Source: the human T2T-CHM13v2.0 reference genome, Homo sapiens
DNA: 64,000 nucleotides
Assembly (NCBI RefSeq): GCF_009914755.1
Contig: NC_060928.1
Direction: 5' to 3' (one strand)
This document shows, one piece after another, positions 1-19,438 of this stretch. Under the pieces are notes generated by a model. The model ran no database searches and was not told the DNA's origin. It was given only the letters and a program-made list of their open reading frames with translations. The position numbers were made by a program, and so were the translations under genes. How positions within the stretch are numbered: the stretch's first letter is position 1; every line of letters starts with the position of its first letter.

Positions 1-138
1 TGGATGCACGTGGCCCCACTTAGCAATTGTTGGAAGGTGGGTTCAGGGCTCTGGGTTGCAGGCAGCCCATGGTGGACCCCTGGGCTGGAGCCTCAGAGGG
101 GGGTGCCTGCATTGGCTTCCATCATTTAAAGCTCCTGA

Positions 139-586
<448 letters not shown>

Positions 587-747
587 TCATGTCATACTTC
601 ACAACAGTTTTCAAGGCCTGATGATCTCCATGTTTCAGATGAAAATCTAATGCTTGAAGCGGGTAGAGGGACAGGCTTTCCTGACTGGATTTCTGATTCT
701 ACTTGCTTGTAATTTCAGTCATAGTGTCTATAAAGAGACTTACGGAT

Positions 748-1367
748 TGTGCCTGGTAGAGTTCTAAGATGGACCCCCAAGACTCGTGGCCCCTGGAACC
801 TCCTTCCAGTTATTCAGTCAAATACTCATCTAGTTACTGCTGGGAAGGGAGTGTGAAGATATCATTAAGGGTCTAAATAAGTTGATTTTAAGACCGGGAG
901 ATTATCTACATGGGCCTGACCTAATTACATGAGCCCCCTCTAAAAGAAGAGAATTTTCTCTGGCTGGTCACAGAGAGAAAGTCAGAAACGTCCTCCGGCT
1001 GGTCTGAAAGAGCCAGCATTCACATACACACTGCCCGTGGAGTAGGTCATGTGGTAGGAATGGTACCTGCCTCTGGGGCATAGGAGGCATCCCTGGCTGA
1101 CAGCCAGCAGGAAAATAGGACCCCCATCCCACAGCTGTGGGGAAATGACCCCATCCATGCCAGGGAGGTTGGACCAGGACCTCACGCTCCCGGGGAGTGC
1201 CACACCTGGCCAACACCTGATTTCAGCCTGGTGAGACCGGGAGTAGAAAATCCAACTCCACTGTGCCCGGACTTCTGACCCACAGAAACTGTGAGGGAAC
1301 CGGTTTACATTGTGTAAAGCCACTATTTGTGGTGATTTGTTAAACAGTATTAGAAAATGAAAACACA
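748..1367 (+). mobile_element. MaLR solo LTR (MLT1E-like)
   Basis: Starts tg..gttctaagatggaccccc, contains ggagattatc..gggcctgacctaat, ends aagccact..tttgtggtgatttgtta..gaaaacaca, typical of MLT1 LTRs. Confidence 0.75.
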
Positions 1368-1703
<336 letters not shown>

Positions 1704-1873
1704 TTATATGAAGAAAACTATTATGGCTTTAAAGAGAGGGTTCGGAAGCAAGTCTTCAACTCAGGAATCAGATGGTCAAATCATCATGTGAAATCACAGT
1801 TAAAATCAGTAATGTGATGGTTTATGGACGGCATGTGGAGCCCATTCTGTATCTTCTTATAACTCCTTTATTA

Positions 1874-2288
<415 letters not shown>

Positions 2289-2878
2289 TTATCAGGAATG
2301 CACATTTTATCAGACCACACGTTTCAAGTTCAAGGCTCCACCTAAATACTGACATGTTAACACTCCTGCCATCCTCCAGAAAATGTTAACATTCAGCATA
2401 TAAAAGATAATACGGCAGCACAGGCATAGATTTCTTGTTAGCCTGCAGAATTGTAAGTATTTAGCTTGATAAGCTGCAGAATTATAAAATGGTAAAATAT
2501 TAAATAACTCTGAGTAAAGGAGAAGCATCAAAAACCTGTACCAATTCTGCCTATCTTCATTAGCTATATGCATACAACACAATGTGAATCACTCTTTGGC
2601 AAAGATGCAGTTCATTTGATCGGTGGAGGACACCAGCTTCAGATGGAAAAACTATAAATTTCACCTAAAAATCAAATACATCTGGTGCATCATCAGAGTG
2701 TTGAAATGTAAAAGATGTGTCTTATACTGATGTTCATTTTGGGGAAGCTAAAATGGAGGAGCTTGCCAGTGTATCCATAGAATGTTGAAAATATACTGGG
2801 TGTTACCATTAGGAAATAGCACCTTTCTGAAGGTTCTCCTGAGTTGCTTTCAGTAGCAAGTGAGTACAAGAAAACACT

Positions 2879-3206
<328 letters not shown>

Positions 3207-5237
3207 ACACTGGCTCCTGTTTCTGCCATCACAAATTGGGAAGAAGCTAGGAAGATGTGCAGAACATTTTCTGGGTAGGGTGGGCTGGGCCATGTCCACA
3301 TAACAAAAAGGAAGCCGACCTTTGAAAATTATCTAGCTCAGGCGACCGAGGAAGCCAAACCAGATAACTCAGACTCAAAATGAATCTCTTCCAGAGTAAT
3401 TTGTACTGCCAGTTCGTCAGTGCTTACACAAAACAGATGTTATGAAATGCAGATTTCAGAGGTCAATAATAAAATATCTGCAGGGTATTTCCGTGATCAT
3501 CGATACAAGATTTGTGCTGAGGAATGTGGAATCTTCCAGGACCTAATCATGCACTAATAATTTCAGCCTATTCTTGAATGTGATTTAACCTAGAAAATAA
3601 AATGCTAAATGGAAAGCCTTATTCAAACCGAAATTGTACATGATGGAACTGGTCTATTTTCTGTGACAGTGCACTTGCACATTTTGGTGTCGCACTTTGC
3701 TGAAAAGTTCCTTAGATGGGTTTCAGTCGAAGGTGCTATAGAAGTTTATTTGTACTGTACTCAAAGTAAATGCATTCTCTCCAGACTGCAAGACTGCAAG
3801 CACAGTCAATAAGATGAATGAGTTTCTCGAACTCATTTAGTGCCTTGTCTATAATAGTCCCATTACCAAGTCCCATGTAACTTGGCAACTTTTCATCGAG
3901 GTGGCCTCGGGACCGAATAAGCAAGGAGAAAATACAGCTTCTTGCCTTGGCACTTCACGTAGGACCTGATGCTCCTGGCGGGCTGTGATTGAAAGTAGGT
4001 CTTACTGCCCGGCCCTCTGAAGCCGCCTTTTCTAAAAATGTTGTACTTTGGAAAGGCACTTCCGCATTACAACTGAAAAGGCAAAGCCGGACTCAAATAT
4101 CCAGTTCCGCATTAACCTTTAGGATTTTGCCTCTGGATTTCCGAACCAGTTAACTCTATTCCCTTTCTACCTGGACATTTTAATGGAAAATGGTTGTGGC
4201 TGGTTTCCTGTACTTTGTGTACTGCCCAAGGGATAATAGCTTGACATAGGCAAATAACAACGGAAAGAGTTAACTCTAAGCTGAGGTTCTGTGCTTCAGT
4301 TGCCAGAAAGAATGCATTAATTAGATGTGGTTCACTAGAATAATTTATCTAGAAATCTAAAACCTTTCTTGCATAAAGATTCAAGCCCAAAGAGGCTTCT
4401 GCCATAAAGAAAAACAATATGGACTTTCATATGGCTTGTGAGGGAGACGTATACATCTCATCAAATGCATCGGGCTGAACCAGCTAAGTATACACAGGCT
4501 GCATTTAAACGGGAGAAGTATCTTGACTCTGGCAGTCAAATTTGGCCAAAGCACCACTTTATCTGTTCAGATGTCAGGTTGGTGGAGTAAACTTGACTGG
4601 GCTACGGTCCCTGGTCCACGCATCCACACAGTGATGGAGGCGGCCTGAGTCTGGTATCCACGGATGAATTCTAAAGCCTCTGTAAATCCCCTTAAAACTA
4701 GAAGCAAATTTTTGTATCTGTGTGCAGATGTGGGCTTTTGTGGGAATTGGGTGCTTAGCTTTCATCTAATTCTCAGACAGGACAATTGACCTTAAGTGTT
4801 TAAATATTTTCTAATTTTTTATGACTATAAACACAGACATAAATACACTATTTTCGCAGATGAGCTATCAATGCTAGTCTTTTTCCGTTGTTCCCTTGCT
4901 CCTGCAATCTTTCCACATTCACCTGTATTATCCTCCCTTATCCCAGCTGTCATTCCAGGTAACCCATAGTAACAACATGATGTGGATGATTCTGTACTTT
5001 TCTCAAAACTCATAGTATCACATGTAAAATTTGTTTATTTATACTAATGTATATGCATATATTTGAATTTATAGAGTATTTCTGGTCATTGTTTAAAAAT
5101 GTGTCTTCTATTATATACACTCTGTATTTTATTTTTCTTATTCAGTAATCTGTAATGGAAATCTGTTTAAGTTAGTACAGAAAGCAATTTCTTCGTTGTT
5201 TTGGCTGCATGGTATTTAGGGCACGGATGCGACGTTA

Positions 5238-5690
5238 CAGTCCTGTGCTGCTTAGTGATGGGTATATATTTGGAGAAATGTGTCCTTTAGTAGTGATTTT
5301 TGTTATATGACCATGATACCGTGTACTCACACAAACCTAGATGGCAGAGCCTTACACACCTGGGCTATATGACATACCTATTGCTCCTAGGTAACACACC
5401 TGTACCGCAGGTTACTGCACTGAATACTGCAGGAGGTTGTAACACAATGGTAAGTACTTGTGTGTTTAAACATAGCTAAACGTATAAAATGTGCAGTAAA
5501 AATATGGTATTATAATCTTATGGGATCACGGTTAGATATGTAGGTGGGCCCTATAATCTTATGGGATCACGGTTAGATATGTAGGTGGGCCCTATAATCT
5601 TATGGGATCACGGTTAGATACGTAGGTGGGCCCTATAATCTTATGGGATCACAGTTAGATATGTAGGTGGGCCCTCACTGACCAAAATGT
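5238..5690 (-). mobile_element. Tigger3a/MER7-type DNA transposon (TcMar-Tigger)
   Basis: Matches reverse complement of recalled Tigger3a: acacaaacctagatgg, ctattgctcctagg, ttgtaacacaatggtaagta, ggtattataatcttatggga. Confidence 0.85.
5511..5674. repeat. Tandem repeat 4 x 41 bp
   Basis: tataatcttatgggatcacggttagatatgtaggtgggccc repeated 4 times with only 2 substitutions. Confidence 0.97.
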
Positions 5691-5936
5691 CTGTAGTTAA
5701 TCAGTCCCTGCTGCGGTGGGTGTTCACTTTTCTTCTTGATCTTGTTTTGTCAGTATAAACAACGTTTCAGTAAACATCATTGCACGTATATCATTATCAA
5801 CTGTTGTTCTCATTGTTTTGGCAAAGATTCCTAAAGATGGCATTCCCAGGAGAAAAAGCATGTTCTAAAATTTAATAGATGCAGTCAGATGCAAAGCTCA
5901 TATGATACCAGCATTAGATAAGAACACTTTTTTACC

Positions 5937-6406
<470 letters not shown>

Positions 6407-6459
6407 TTAATGCTTCTTTTAATTTTTTGCATGCATAGGTGCTATAAAATAATATTTGT

Positions 6460-6679
6460 GTTTTTTGTTTGTTTCTTTGTTTTTTGAGATAGAGTCTCGC
6501 TCTGTCGCCCAGGATGGAGTGCAGTGGTGTGATCTCGGCTCACTGCAACCTCTGTATTTTTAGTAGAGATGGGGTTTCACCATGTTGGTCAGGCTGGTCT
6601 CAAACTCCTGACCTCATGATCCGCCCGCATCAGCCTCCCAAAGTGCTGGGATTACAGGTGTGAGCCACTGCACCTGGCC
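6460..6679 (-). mobile_element. Alu with internal deletion
   Basis: cactgcaacctctg fused to tatttttagtagag (most of the right arm missing); ataatatttg TSD. Confidence 0.9.
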
Positions 6680-7303
<624 letters not shown>

Positions 7304-7625
7304 TAGTTTAGAAGTTTTCTCCAACCCCCAGAATATTTTTATGGCAAATTTTTAGGATAAAATCTTTGTGGAAAATATGTGGAGAGTGAAGATGTGGATG
7401 AGGAGACTTTCTACCTATTTATCTTGAAGGCTTAATCTGTAAAATGCGTCATTTTATTAAATATTAAATGACTTACAAAAAGTTTTATCCCAAATTTACT
7501 GCCACTGTCAAAAAATCACCATAAAAATCTTACATATGCCCTACTCAAAATGAACGCTTCACCTCAGTACTGGTGAGGGGTTCCCAAGGGTGCTATGATG
7601 TCTCGTGCTGACATTTTAAAACCTA

Positions 7626-8237
<612 letters not shown>

Positions 8238-8687
8238 CCTATTGCGCATTTGTTTATCATCACCCCTGCTTTCCCTAGCAGCTTAGCCCTCCATATGTCT
8301 TAGTGTTTGCTTCTGCCGGGCTTTTGGGGATACAATTTAGAAAGTATATTTAGTATCTTCACTCCGGAAATTACATAGCAATGTGTGTTTACTGTGGTCG
8401 AGAAAGAAACAATTCTGGCCTCTTAAATATAAACTTCCACAGAGGATCACCCATGCAACGGAGTGGTCAGCATCCCCTTCATTCACTTTAACATTTTCAC
8501 AATTATATAACTTAGCATCACACTCTGTTGTTGTTATAGCTCTTTGGATCCATGTAGGAATTTGTGTGTGTCTGTATCTTCTGAGAATAACTGACATATT
8601 TTGCTTGTAATCAATGTTAATGTATGAAATCCATTGAGCAAAACTTGCTAAAAACAATTGTTTGTAAAATTTTTCTTTAAATGTTGA

Positions 8688-9028
<341 letters not shown>

Positions 9029-9881
9029 CTCTTTATATATGCATAGATATTGACAATCTCATTTTTTCCCTCATTTTTGGGGGCTTAAAAATAATGACAT
9101 GGGAAATATACAGTTACTGGGAAAATAAAAACACGTCAGAAACGTACCACAGAGGAGGGAAATAAAATTGCTCTCCAACTGAGGAATGCTAAGGCTGAGG
9201 TCAGAGATTGTTAAAGCTTTGTTTGGGAAGTTGAAGAAGAGTTTTAAGGCTTTGACTCCTTCTTCCCTTTGAAGACATCAGAGTGAACAGAGACTGTTTT
9301 GTTTCAGACCCTAATAAAGGTGACATTTAAAAAGCTGTATAACCACAGAGCTTAGGCTTATTCCTGGGAGTGCAAATGGGATACACCAGTATTTAATGCC
9401 TGCATTACAATTATGCCAAGGTCAAGGACAGCTTGACTTCTGGATATTCCCAACCCTTGTGAAATACTACCTACTGGAATTTCCCAAAGTGATATGGTGT
9501 GTACTATGGGCATTCACAGGCCAGCCCTTCCAGCATCGTTCCCATGATTGGAGCCACAGTCTCTTCCCAAGCCCCAGGTGGCTGGAGATACTGTCACTGT
9601 CCTCAAAGCTGCCTGAAGGAGCAACATCACTGCACTGTTCCATGCATGAGGCTGCCAAGGCCATGCCAAGGTTTCTCCAGTGCCTCCACCTCCATATGCT
9701 TCCCTTGACGACAGGGCTGTGAGCACAACTTTCTTGCAGTGATAGGCAGAGAGACCCTCTGCCCTGCCGGGCTGTGCTGCCAGCTGGGTGCAGACCTAGA
9801 ACACTGGGATCAGAGTCCCCCAGGGCTCTGCTCATGCGCCCGTAGCTTCCTCAGGACTCTTAGCTTCAGATTTTCTACTGA

Positions 9882-10527
<646 letters not shown>

Positions 10528-11054
10528 ACAACTAATAGTTTTCAGGAGCGTGGTGGTCTCAGTTTATACCTAATGCAAATTTCAGTTTGTTGGTAACAAC
10601 AGCAGCAGTGTGCATAGATGCAATTCAGCCCACTACTCACGCAACTTCTCCCCATGCTTGTGCAGAGCAGTTTTTCTCCTTGGAGCCACAGATATTGCTC
10701 CTTTTCATTTGCATAGCTAAATTATTCATTCGAGTGATTTCCCAGAACAAAGGTATGATGTGTGTGTGTGTGTGGGTGTACCAAATGTTAAATATATATA
10801 TATATGCGTGTATGTATATACCTATTATATCTATGTCTACATCTAATAACCTTTGGTCAACAGAGCATTGCTCTCAGTTTTGAAAGTATTTTCTTCTTGT
10901 ATCTCCATTCATATTTCAAAGATCAAAGTGTTTTGGACTTCTCCACTCTCCACTTCATAATCTTCCTTCATTTGCTTAAACCTGCTTCACAGATTACCCC
11001 TGTGAAGATGGTATGGCAGGTCAATATCCCTATTGAAAAAATTTGTTTTCAGCT

Positions 11055-11465
11055 TTCTTGAAATATGATTGACAACTAAAAATCCTATCTATTGAAGGTG
11101 TACAATGTGATGTTTTGATATACATTCACATGATAAAATGATGACCACAATCAAGCTAATTAACATATTCATCACCTCACACCATCTCTTAATGTGTGGA
11201 TTTATTCTTTCAGCTATTTTCAAGTAGATAATGTATTGTTATTAACTCCAAGCTGTATGTTTCAATGTCCAGAACTTAATTATCTGATGCCTGCAAATTT
11301 GTCCCCTTGGACTAACACCTCTCCATTCCCGCCCCACCTCCTGGCCTCTGGTATCACCCTCTGCTCCCTGTTTCTATGAGTTACACTTCTTGAGGTTCCA
11401 CGTACAAGTGAGATCAAGCAGTATTTGCCTTATCTCACTCAGCACAGCGGCCTCTACGTTCATCC
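11055..11465 (-). mobile_element. L1MA/L1MB 3' end fragment
   Basis: aaggtgtacaatgtgatgttttgatatac..accacaatcaagctaattaacatattcatcacctcac..aagtgagatca..cagtatttg. Confidence 0.75.
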
Positions 11466-11468
11466 CTC

Positions 11469-11805
11469 TTTTTTTTCTTTTTTCTTTCTTTTTTTTTTTT
11501 TTTGACAGAGTCTTGCTCTGTCACCCAGGCTGGAGTGCAGAGGCATGATCTTGGCTCACTGCAACCTCCACCTCCCGGTTCAAGTGATTCTCCTGCCTCA
11601 GCCTCCCAAGTAGCTGGGATTACAGGCCTGCACCACCACACCCGGCTAATTTTTTTATTTTTATTTTTATTTTTTGTTTTGTATTTTGAGTAGATACAGA
11701 GTTTTACCATGTTAGCCAGGCTGGTCTCGACTCCTGACCTCATGATCCGCCTGCCTTAGCCTCCCAAAGTGCTGGGATTACAGGCGTGAGCCACTGCGCG
11801 CAGCC
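11469..11805 (-). mobile_element. Alu SINE
   Basis: Antisense dimer; gttcatccctcttt TSD. Confidence 0.95.
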
Positions 11806-12269
11806 GGTTCATCCCTCTTTAAGTGAGTTACTACGTGAACAGTACTTAGGAGAGTGCCTGGTAGCAATGAGCGTTCACATAACTTCAGCTCTTGCTGTTC
11901 CCTTTCTCATCTAGGTCTTTGTAGGGATCCCTGCCCCATCCCACCACACCCCTGCTATTCTCTCACACAAGCATTATGCAGAGAAAGAAGACTCAGCTAG
12001 AAGGCCTTGCTCTGAGATGCATCATGCCAGTTCTGGAATCCAAAGGTCTCTCCAGTCTTTCCCATGTACCTGGAACTACTGGAAAGAGATACCTTGTCAC
12101 TAGGTAGCACACACAGCCAGGAAGTCACCGTGCGGGGGTTAGATGACAGCATCGGGCTGTCTGTCCAGACAATATGTTCATGGGGTCAAAATACCGCGCT
12201 GTGGTGTGGCTCAGAACGGCAGGTCTATACCAGGATCCTGCAATGAGCATTGTGCCACGATTCGGCAAT

Positions 12270-12892
12270 AAGGATTACAGGGGCAGAAAGGCATGATCTC
12301 TTTCCTCACCTGTCATAACGGTCATGGCTGACATTCCTACAGCAAAAGACAGGTTAACAAGAGAGGAGCATAACAAACTTATTTAATCCAACTTTTATGT
12401 GACGCAGGAGCCTTCAGAAATGAGGATCCAAACACTCAGGAAAAACCATTTTTGTGCTTCAGTTAGATGACGGATGGACAGCCGTGCAGCAGTGTGACCG
12501 GACAGGAGGGTCTGATCTGATGGTAACAGATGGAGACCTGTCGGTGCAGGCTCTTCCTGGCCTCTTTGCACAGCGCTCCTTCCTCCTCGTGTGGGGCAGG
12601 ACCCTCTAGAATGAGGGTCTTCAAGGGAGGGGAGAGAGAACGACTGTTTAAGGTTTTAAGGCTGTCTTTTGGGGAGAGGGGTCCTAGTTTGTGAGACCTG
12701 CCTTGGGGAAGAGGAATTCTGGTTGCTCTGACTCGCTTTGGGGGAGAAAGAGCAGTGGGAGGCAGGAGGACGGGAGAAGGTCAGAGAGCCACTTTGCTGC
12801 TGAGGCTGCTCCTGAGGCCTTCCAATCTCCTTTAGTTCAATGTACTCCCAGGCCAAGCACCACAATTGCGGGATTGTTTCCTGAGACCTGTC
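12270..12892 (-). mobile_element. ERV1-class solo LTR (MER39/MER34-like)
   Basis: aaaagacaggttaacaagag..ataacaaacttatttaat..ggagccttcagaaatga..ggggcaggaccc..gaatgagggtctt..agttcaa..tactc..ctgagacc. Confidence 0.7.
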
Positions 12893-12969
12893 AGGACAAA
12901 AGACCCAGTCCCTGGTGCCGCATCACTCCTAGATCAAAAGACAATATAACAGCATTCACTCATTCCAAC

Positions 12970-13150
12970 CGGTTCAAATGCCAGTCCTGCTTCTTACTTA
13001 TGTGTGACCTAATGCAGTGTCTAAACTGTTTCCTCCTCTGTAAACAAGGGATGTTAACAGTGACTACTTCACGGGGTTGTAGTGAAGATTAAGTGTATGT
13101 TATGTATGTAACATGTGGTGGATTGGTGCATGGCATGTTGTGAAAGATTA
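12970..13150 (+). mobile_element. MIR SINE
   Basis: ggttcaaat.ccag..cttactta.tgtgtgacc..gtttcctcctctgtaaa..ggttgtagtgaagattaa core. Confidence 0.7.
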
Positions 13151-15719
13151 ACGTGTTAACATGTCAAGTATGACGGGGTCTTAAAGAGAGCAGGGACGCA
13201 GGGCAGGGGAGAGAGCTACCAACCCGGTCATAGGATAAAGGTCTGGATGGAAGAGGGGGGCAGAAACTTTGTGGAAGGCTGCAGTTGGGCAGCGCTGCAG
13301 TTGGGGGAGGCCGGTTCACAGGGGTGGACCCAGGCAGCGGTGCATTTCCTGCATTAACCATGTTTACTTAAGGGAAATCTTTATCTTAGGCACCTGCTGA
13401 TGTGAACCAAGGTCCCCTCACGGAGCCCTTCCTGCTCCCCGTCTGAACTTCAAACAGGCCCTGTCCCCAGCTCCTGCGGTTTGTACTTCCTACCTCTGCG
13501 TTAGGCACTTCTTGCACCTGCCACTAACCTAATATTCATTTTGCCCGTAGGACGTGTTGATTGACTGCACGGAAGCTTCACAAGGAGAGGATTTTGCATC
13601 TGTTTCGTTCACGGTGTTGTCACTGTCATCATCAGCTGTATAATGGATGCTGGCACAGAGTAGGTGCTCAGTATGTCTTAACAGGGTGCGTGGCTGTGTG
13701 AATTAGTGGGAGAATTGTGACAGGACTCTGAGTCAACTTAGGGAGGCACAAGTATGCCCCTCGCTGGAAGAATTAGGGAGGGCAAGTAAGATAAATGCAC
13801 TCCTCTTCTGTGAGGGCTTATCTGTCAATGGAAGAGATGCCGTTTAGTTTACCATATTTCTTTTCAGCTCTCTCCACCCAGAGTTAAACAAGCTGGTCCT
13901 CATAGCCACCATCCAAGATTCCAAGTTTCAACTGCCCCATCTCAGGTGTGATGTCTGTGGAATATTGAGCCTGAAACATTTAACCTCCAAACCTAAACTT
14001 GAAGAATGATGATGGCTATCACAGGAAATTACATTCTAAATGGAACATGATACAGAGGAAATTAAGTCTGTCTCGCTGTCTTGACACATAGACGCCACCA
14101 GTATCTCCTTTAGAAAATGTGCACTTCTAGGCTCTAAGCTTTATGAGGACAAGCACCACATCTGCGCCATTGTGACTTCGGTACCTGGTCTCCTTCACTG
14201 CTCGTTACATAGGAGGTGACAGGAATGATTTGATTAATGAATATATGCATTTTAGGGGGTCATCTAACTCAGGTGGTATATTGAGAAAAAGACAGGTCTT
14301 TTTCATAGCAGGCTATTAGTGGCAAAAGCCTGGATTAGAAATCAGAAAGAAAACTTTGGCTTTAGTCAAACCAATTATGAGAAGTTGACTAAATTCCTCA
14401 GTCTCTTCAACACTTTTATGTTTGTGGTATAAATGAACCATAAAATTATAGTTTGTAATTTAAGATGGAAAACATCACTTATTTTTGTTCCTTGAGTGAG
14501 TCAGAAGGTAAGTGACCTAAAGCATTGAAAATTATTACTTTTGTTGCATAAACGATATTTTAGAGAACCATTAAATAGTTTATCTGTAAAGTAGTGATAA
14601 TTTCTGTTTTACCTAGAGTATAAAAGTAACGTGAATTTTGTAAACTGGGAAATACTAATAAAAAGTAACCTGTTATATTACATTTCAACTTTCTTTATTT
14701 GTCCAATGATTAGTGCAATTGCAGAAGTTTTGCTTTAATACTCTTTCACCTTTTTATTGGTTTTGTTTTGTTTTTGCCTTTAGTACTTTGACTTTGTTGC
14801 TTTGCAGTTACACAGAGTTAAGTTTTTCTTTGTGCTGTTGTCTGTACTAAATTTTGGTGAACTCTCTGTGCAGCCGCAGTTTTAGTGGTTCTTGGGTTGC
14901 TATAGTTAAATACTTTAGGCCGAACACTTTATAGGATACGCTTATTCCAAGTAAATAACTCAGTAGGAAGCTCATTTCTGCATATTTCTTTACTGCTTGC
15001 TCATCTAGTGTGACAAATGCCCTTTCAAAAGTTTAATAACACCGAATGCTTAATACCTTGGGCGAGGTAAAACCAAATTAGCTGGAACCGCAGATTTTGA
15101 ATATTTAATAAAGCATTAATGAACAACCAACCAAATAAGAAACATACAGTTTGTTGTTTTGACAGACCTCAAACCAAAAAACTCTTTTTAAATTGCTGCA
15201 GTCTTTTCATTTTCACCATTATGGTTAAAAATCTACCAGTAATTTCATTATAAACTCTATTTCCAGAGAGATTCTATTTGGCAATAAAAATTAATTCTGA
15301 TTTAAGAAGTTTTTTTATGTTGCTGTAATATACCACAAAATTACAGTTTCTAAATTCATATGACTGTAGGGAATATGAGTCTGCTAGCAATTCCCTCCCC
15401 TCCCCACTTTTTTTTCTCCCACAGTATGGAAGACAAATGACCAGAGAGATTTTTAAAATTTTTCTTTCTTTGGGGCTATACAAAATATTTAATCAGTGAT
15501 ATCGTTTGTTACTCCTGGGCATATATAAATATTTGATATGCTTTCTTAAAGGAAGTAACAACCTGATAATAATTACTTTCCTGTGTAGGTCTTATCTATA
15601 TAAATAAATTCAAATTATTAATATAATCCACAAGAATGAACACATTTTGCATAACTGAGAGATACTACTCTAAGCCTTGGATATTTCTGATCCAAATCCC
15701 TACATAATTGTGTGCATAT

Positions 15720-16075
15720 GTTAGTCATCGTAATGCTAGCTGCTGTAACAAAAAAATCCTCACAAATAACAGTTCATTTGAAGCTCATGAAGCAGTCCTG
15801 GATGGGGGTGTCTATTGGGAGGCTCTCTCCTATATAATCGCCTAGGCAGCTGGTGTGGAAGAGACTGTCATCTTCAAAGACTGTCATAATGGCTTCAAAG
15901 ATTGTCCTAATTGCCTTCATCCCTAGTATCTGGAAGAGAAAACAAACATGGGTGAGTGTGTTTGTGAGTTTTATAGACAAGATCTGGAAGTGGAACGTGT
16001 CCCTTGCACTCAGATGTCATTGACTAGAGCTCGTAGCCACAAGGGAGGTTGGGAGATGCAGGCTCGTTTCTTACA
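15720..16075 (-). mobile_element. Degenerate MaLR LTR (MLT1J/K-like)
   Basis: tagctgctgtaacaaa end motif; gaagtgg..tcccttgcactcagatgtcattgactagagctcgtag. Confidence 0.45.
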
Positions 16076-16088
16076 TAAAAAGAAAATG

Positions 16089-16566
<478 letters not shown>

Positions 16567-17132
16567 AAAATGACAACACAGATTTGGGAGAACAATGATT
16601 AACCTTTGCCATAGTATGCATGCTTGATTCACTAGTTAAGATCAAAGTAGTATTGCTACGTTTAAACTTTCGATGTAAAATAAAGGCATTGGTGTTTTCT
16701 GTCTGTTTTTTGTAAATTATCTACTGTGGGCAAATGGGTATCTAGTCCAAACTTAAGCAAAGTTGAATTAGAGAAGAAGTCTAGTTAAATACTGTTTATT
16801 TGAAAATATATTCAAAGTTAATCTTTTTCCTAGGAATACTGATTTAAAAAATTAAAGTTACCATGATTGAATGGATATCTTTGAGGAAACAGATAATTTA
16901 AGATGTATTTCATCAGCCTTCCAATACTCCTCTGTAATTGATCTGAGCCATATGACAGTGACTGGTCTGTAATACACTTAACTTGTCATAGTCAATGTCT
17001 TGGAAATCAAAGTATTTGTTTATGCTATAGCTTCCTAAATTAAGTATTATAATGGAAGTCACATGGGATGAGACAATGATCCCTAATTTATAAAATATGA
17101 AACCAATAACTATCTCTTTAAAAAAATTGATT

Positions 17133-17489
<357 letters not shown>

Positions 17490-18571
17490 TCAAATCCTTA
17501 TTTTTAGCAAATTCATTAAGAACAGAAACAGACCTTGGAAGTCCTGGAAGCTGCTCCATTTGCTTCTAGGACCTGCATTTCACCATGATCCATTAACCTC
17601 CTCTGTAACATTAATGAGTGGCTTGTATGCATCAGAAATAGGGGCACGATGATGAATAGGAGCTTACGGTCTAGTGAAGGGACACACATATGGCACCATC
17701 ACCCTCTTCCACTGCAGAGCTGGCACTGCATACATTCGTAGCAAAGAGAAAAGCAAAGGATGCAGGGTGGGCTGCCTACCTTTAGTAGCAGAACTGAAAA
17801 TCAGTTCCTGAGTAGATGTATTGGCGGGAATGACACCTAGCTGTGACTGGCGAAAGATTCTCAGTCCTGGGCCCGTACATGCTGAACAATGCACTGTTGT
17901 CATCCTGAGTTCGCTAACCCAGTCAAGCATGCACTGGCTGTTTGGTAAAAATTAAATATTCATCATAGGCAGAACCATTTTTAAAGCACTAAATGATAAT
18001 TCCTAAGGAAAACTGTAATTGGCATTTCTATTCTTGAAGCTCTGACACCACTCATCTCTCTCTCTTAGCTTATAGAGTGGGGCATGATAAAGAAGCTCCC
18101 CCATGGTTCCAAATTCTACCCATCTAATCACCAGTGACAAGCATAGAGGCACGAGTGGCAGAAAGAAATACCAAGGGACCACGGCCAAGCTGGTTTTAGG
18201 GGTAGCCTTATCCTTCATATCTGTATCAGACAGTCAATAAAGACTTCAGGCTACCTCTCCTCCCATTTCCCTTCCTCTCCATAGGCTATGCTCCAGGCCC
18301 ATTCTCTCAGCCACCATCTCGTATTCCATGATACATATTTTTTTTTTGTCACTGCATCTCATCAAAGGTTTTCTTTCCTGTGTCCCACAGCTTGGCACTT
18401 ACTGGAGAGCTAATAGTCTAACCTAGCCACTGTAGTATACTTTCAAAATAAAGGACGCCTTAGAAAACGCAGGTTCACAGTGCTCCAAAGCGACTCCGCT
18501 AGTCAAGATCTTAGAGAGCATGGATTACTGGTGGTAAAAGTAACTGTGGGATGGAGATCATCTTAGTGCCT

Positions 18572-19438
<867 letters not shown>

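Noticed and set aside
5511-5674. Possible CRISPR-like array
   Set aside because: Units are directly adjacent with no unique spacers, and the context is eukaryotic.
9396-9835. Overlapping 70-122 aa ORFs in unique sequence
   Set aside because: No recognisable domain or exon structure; compatible with chance.
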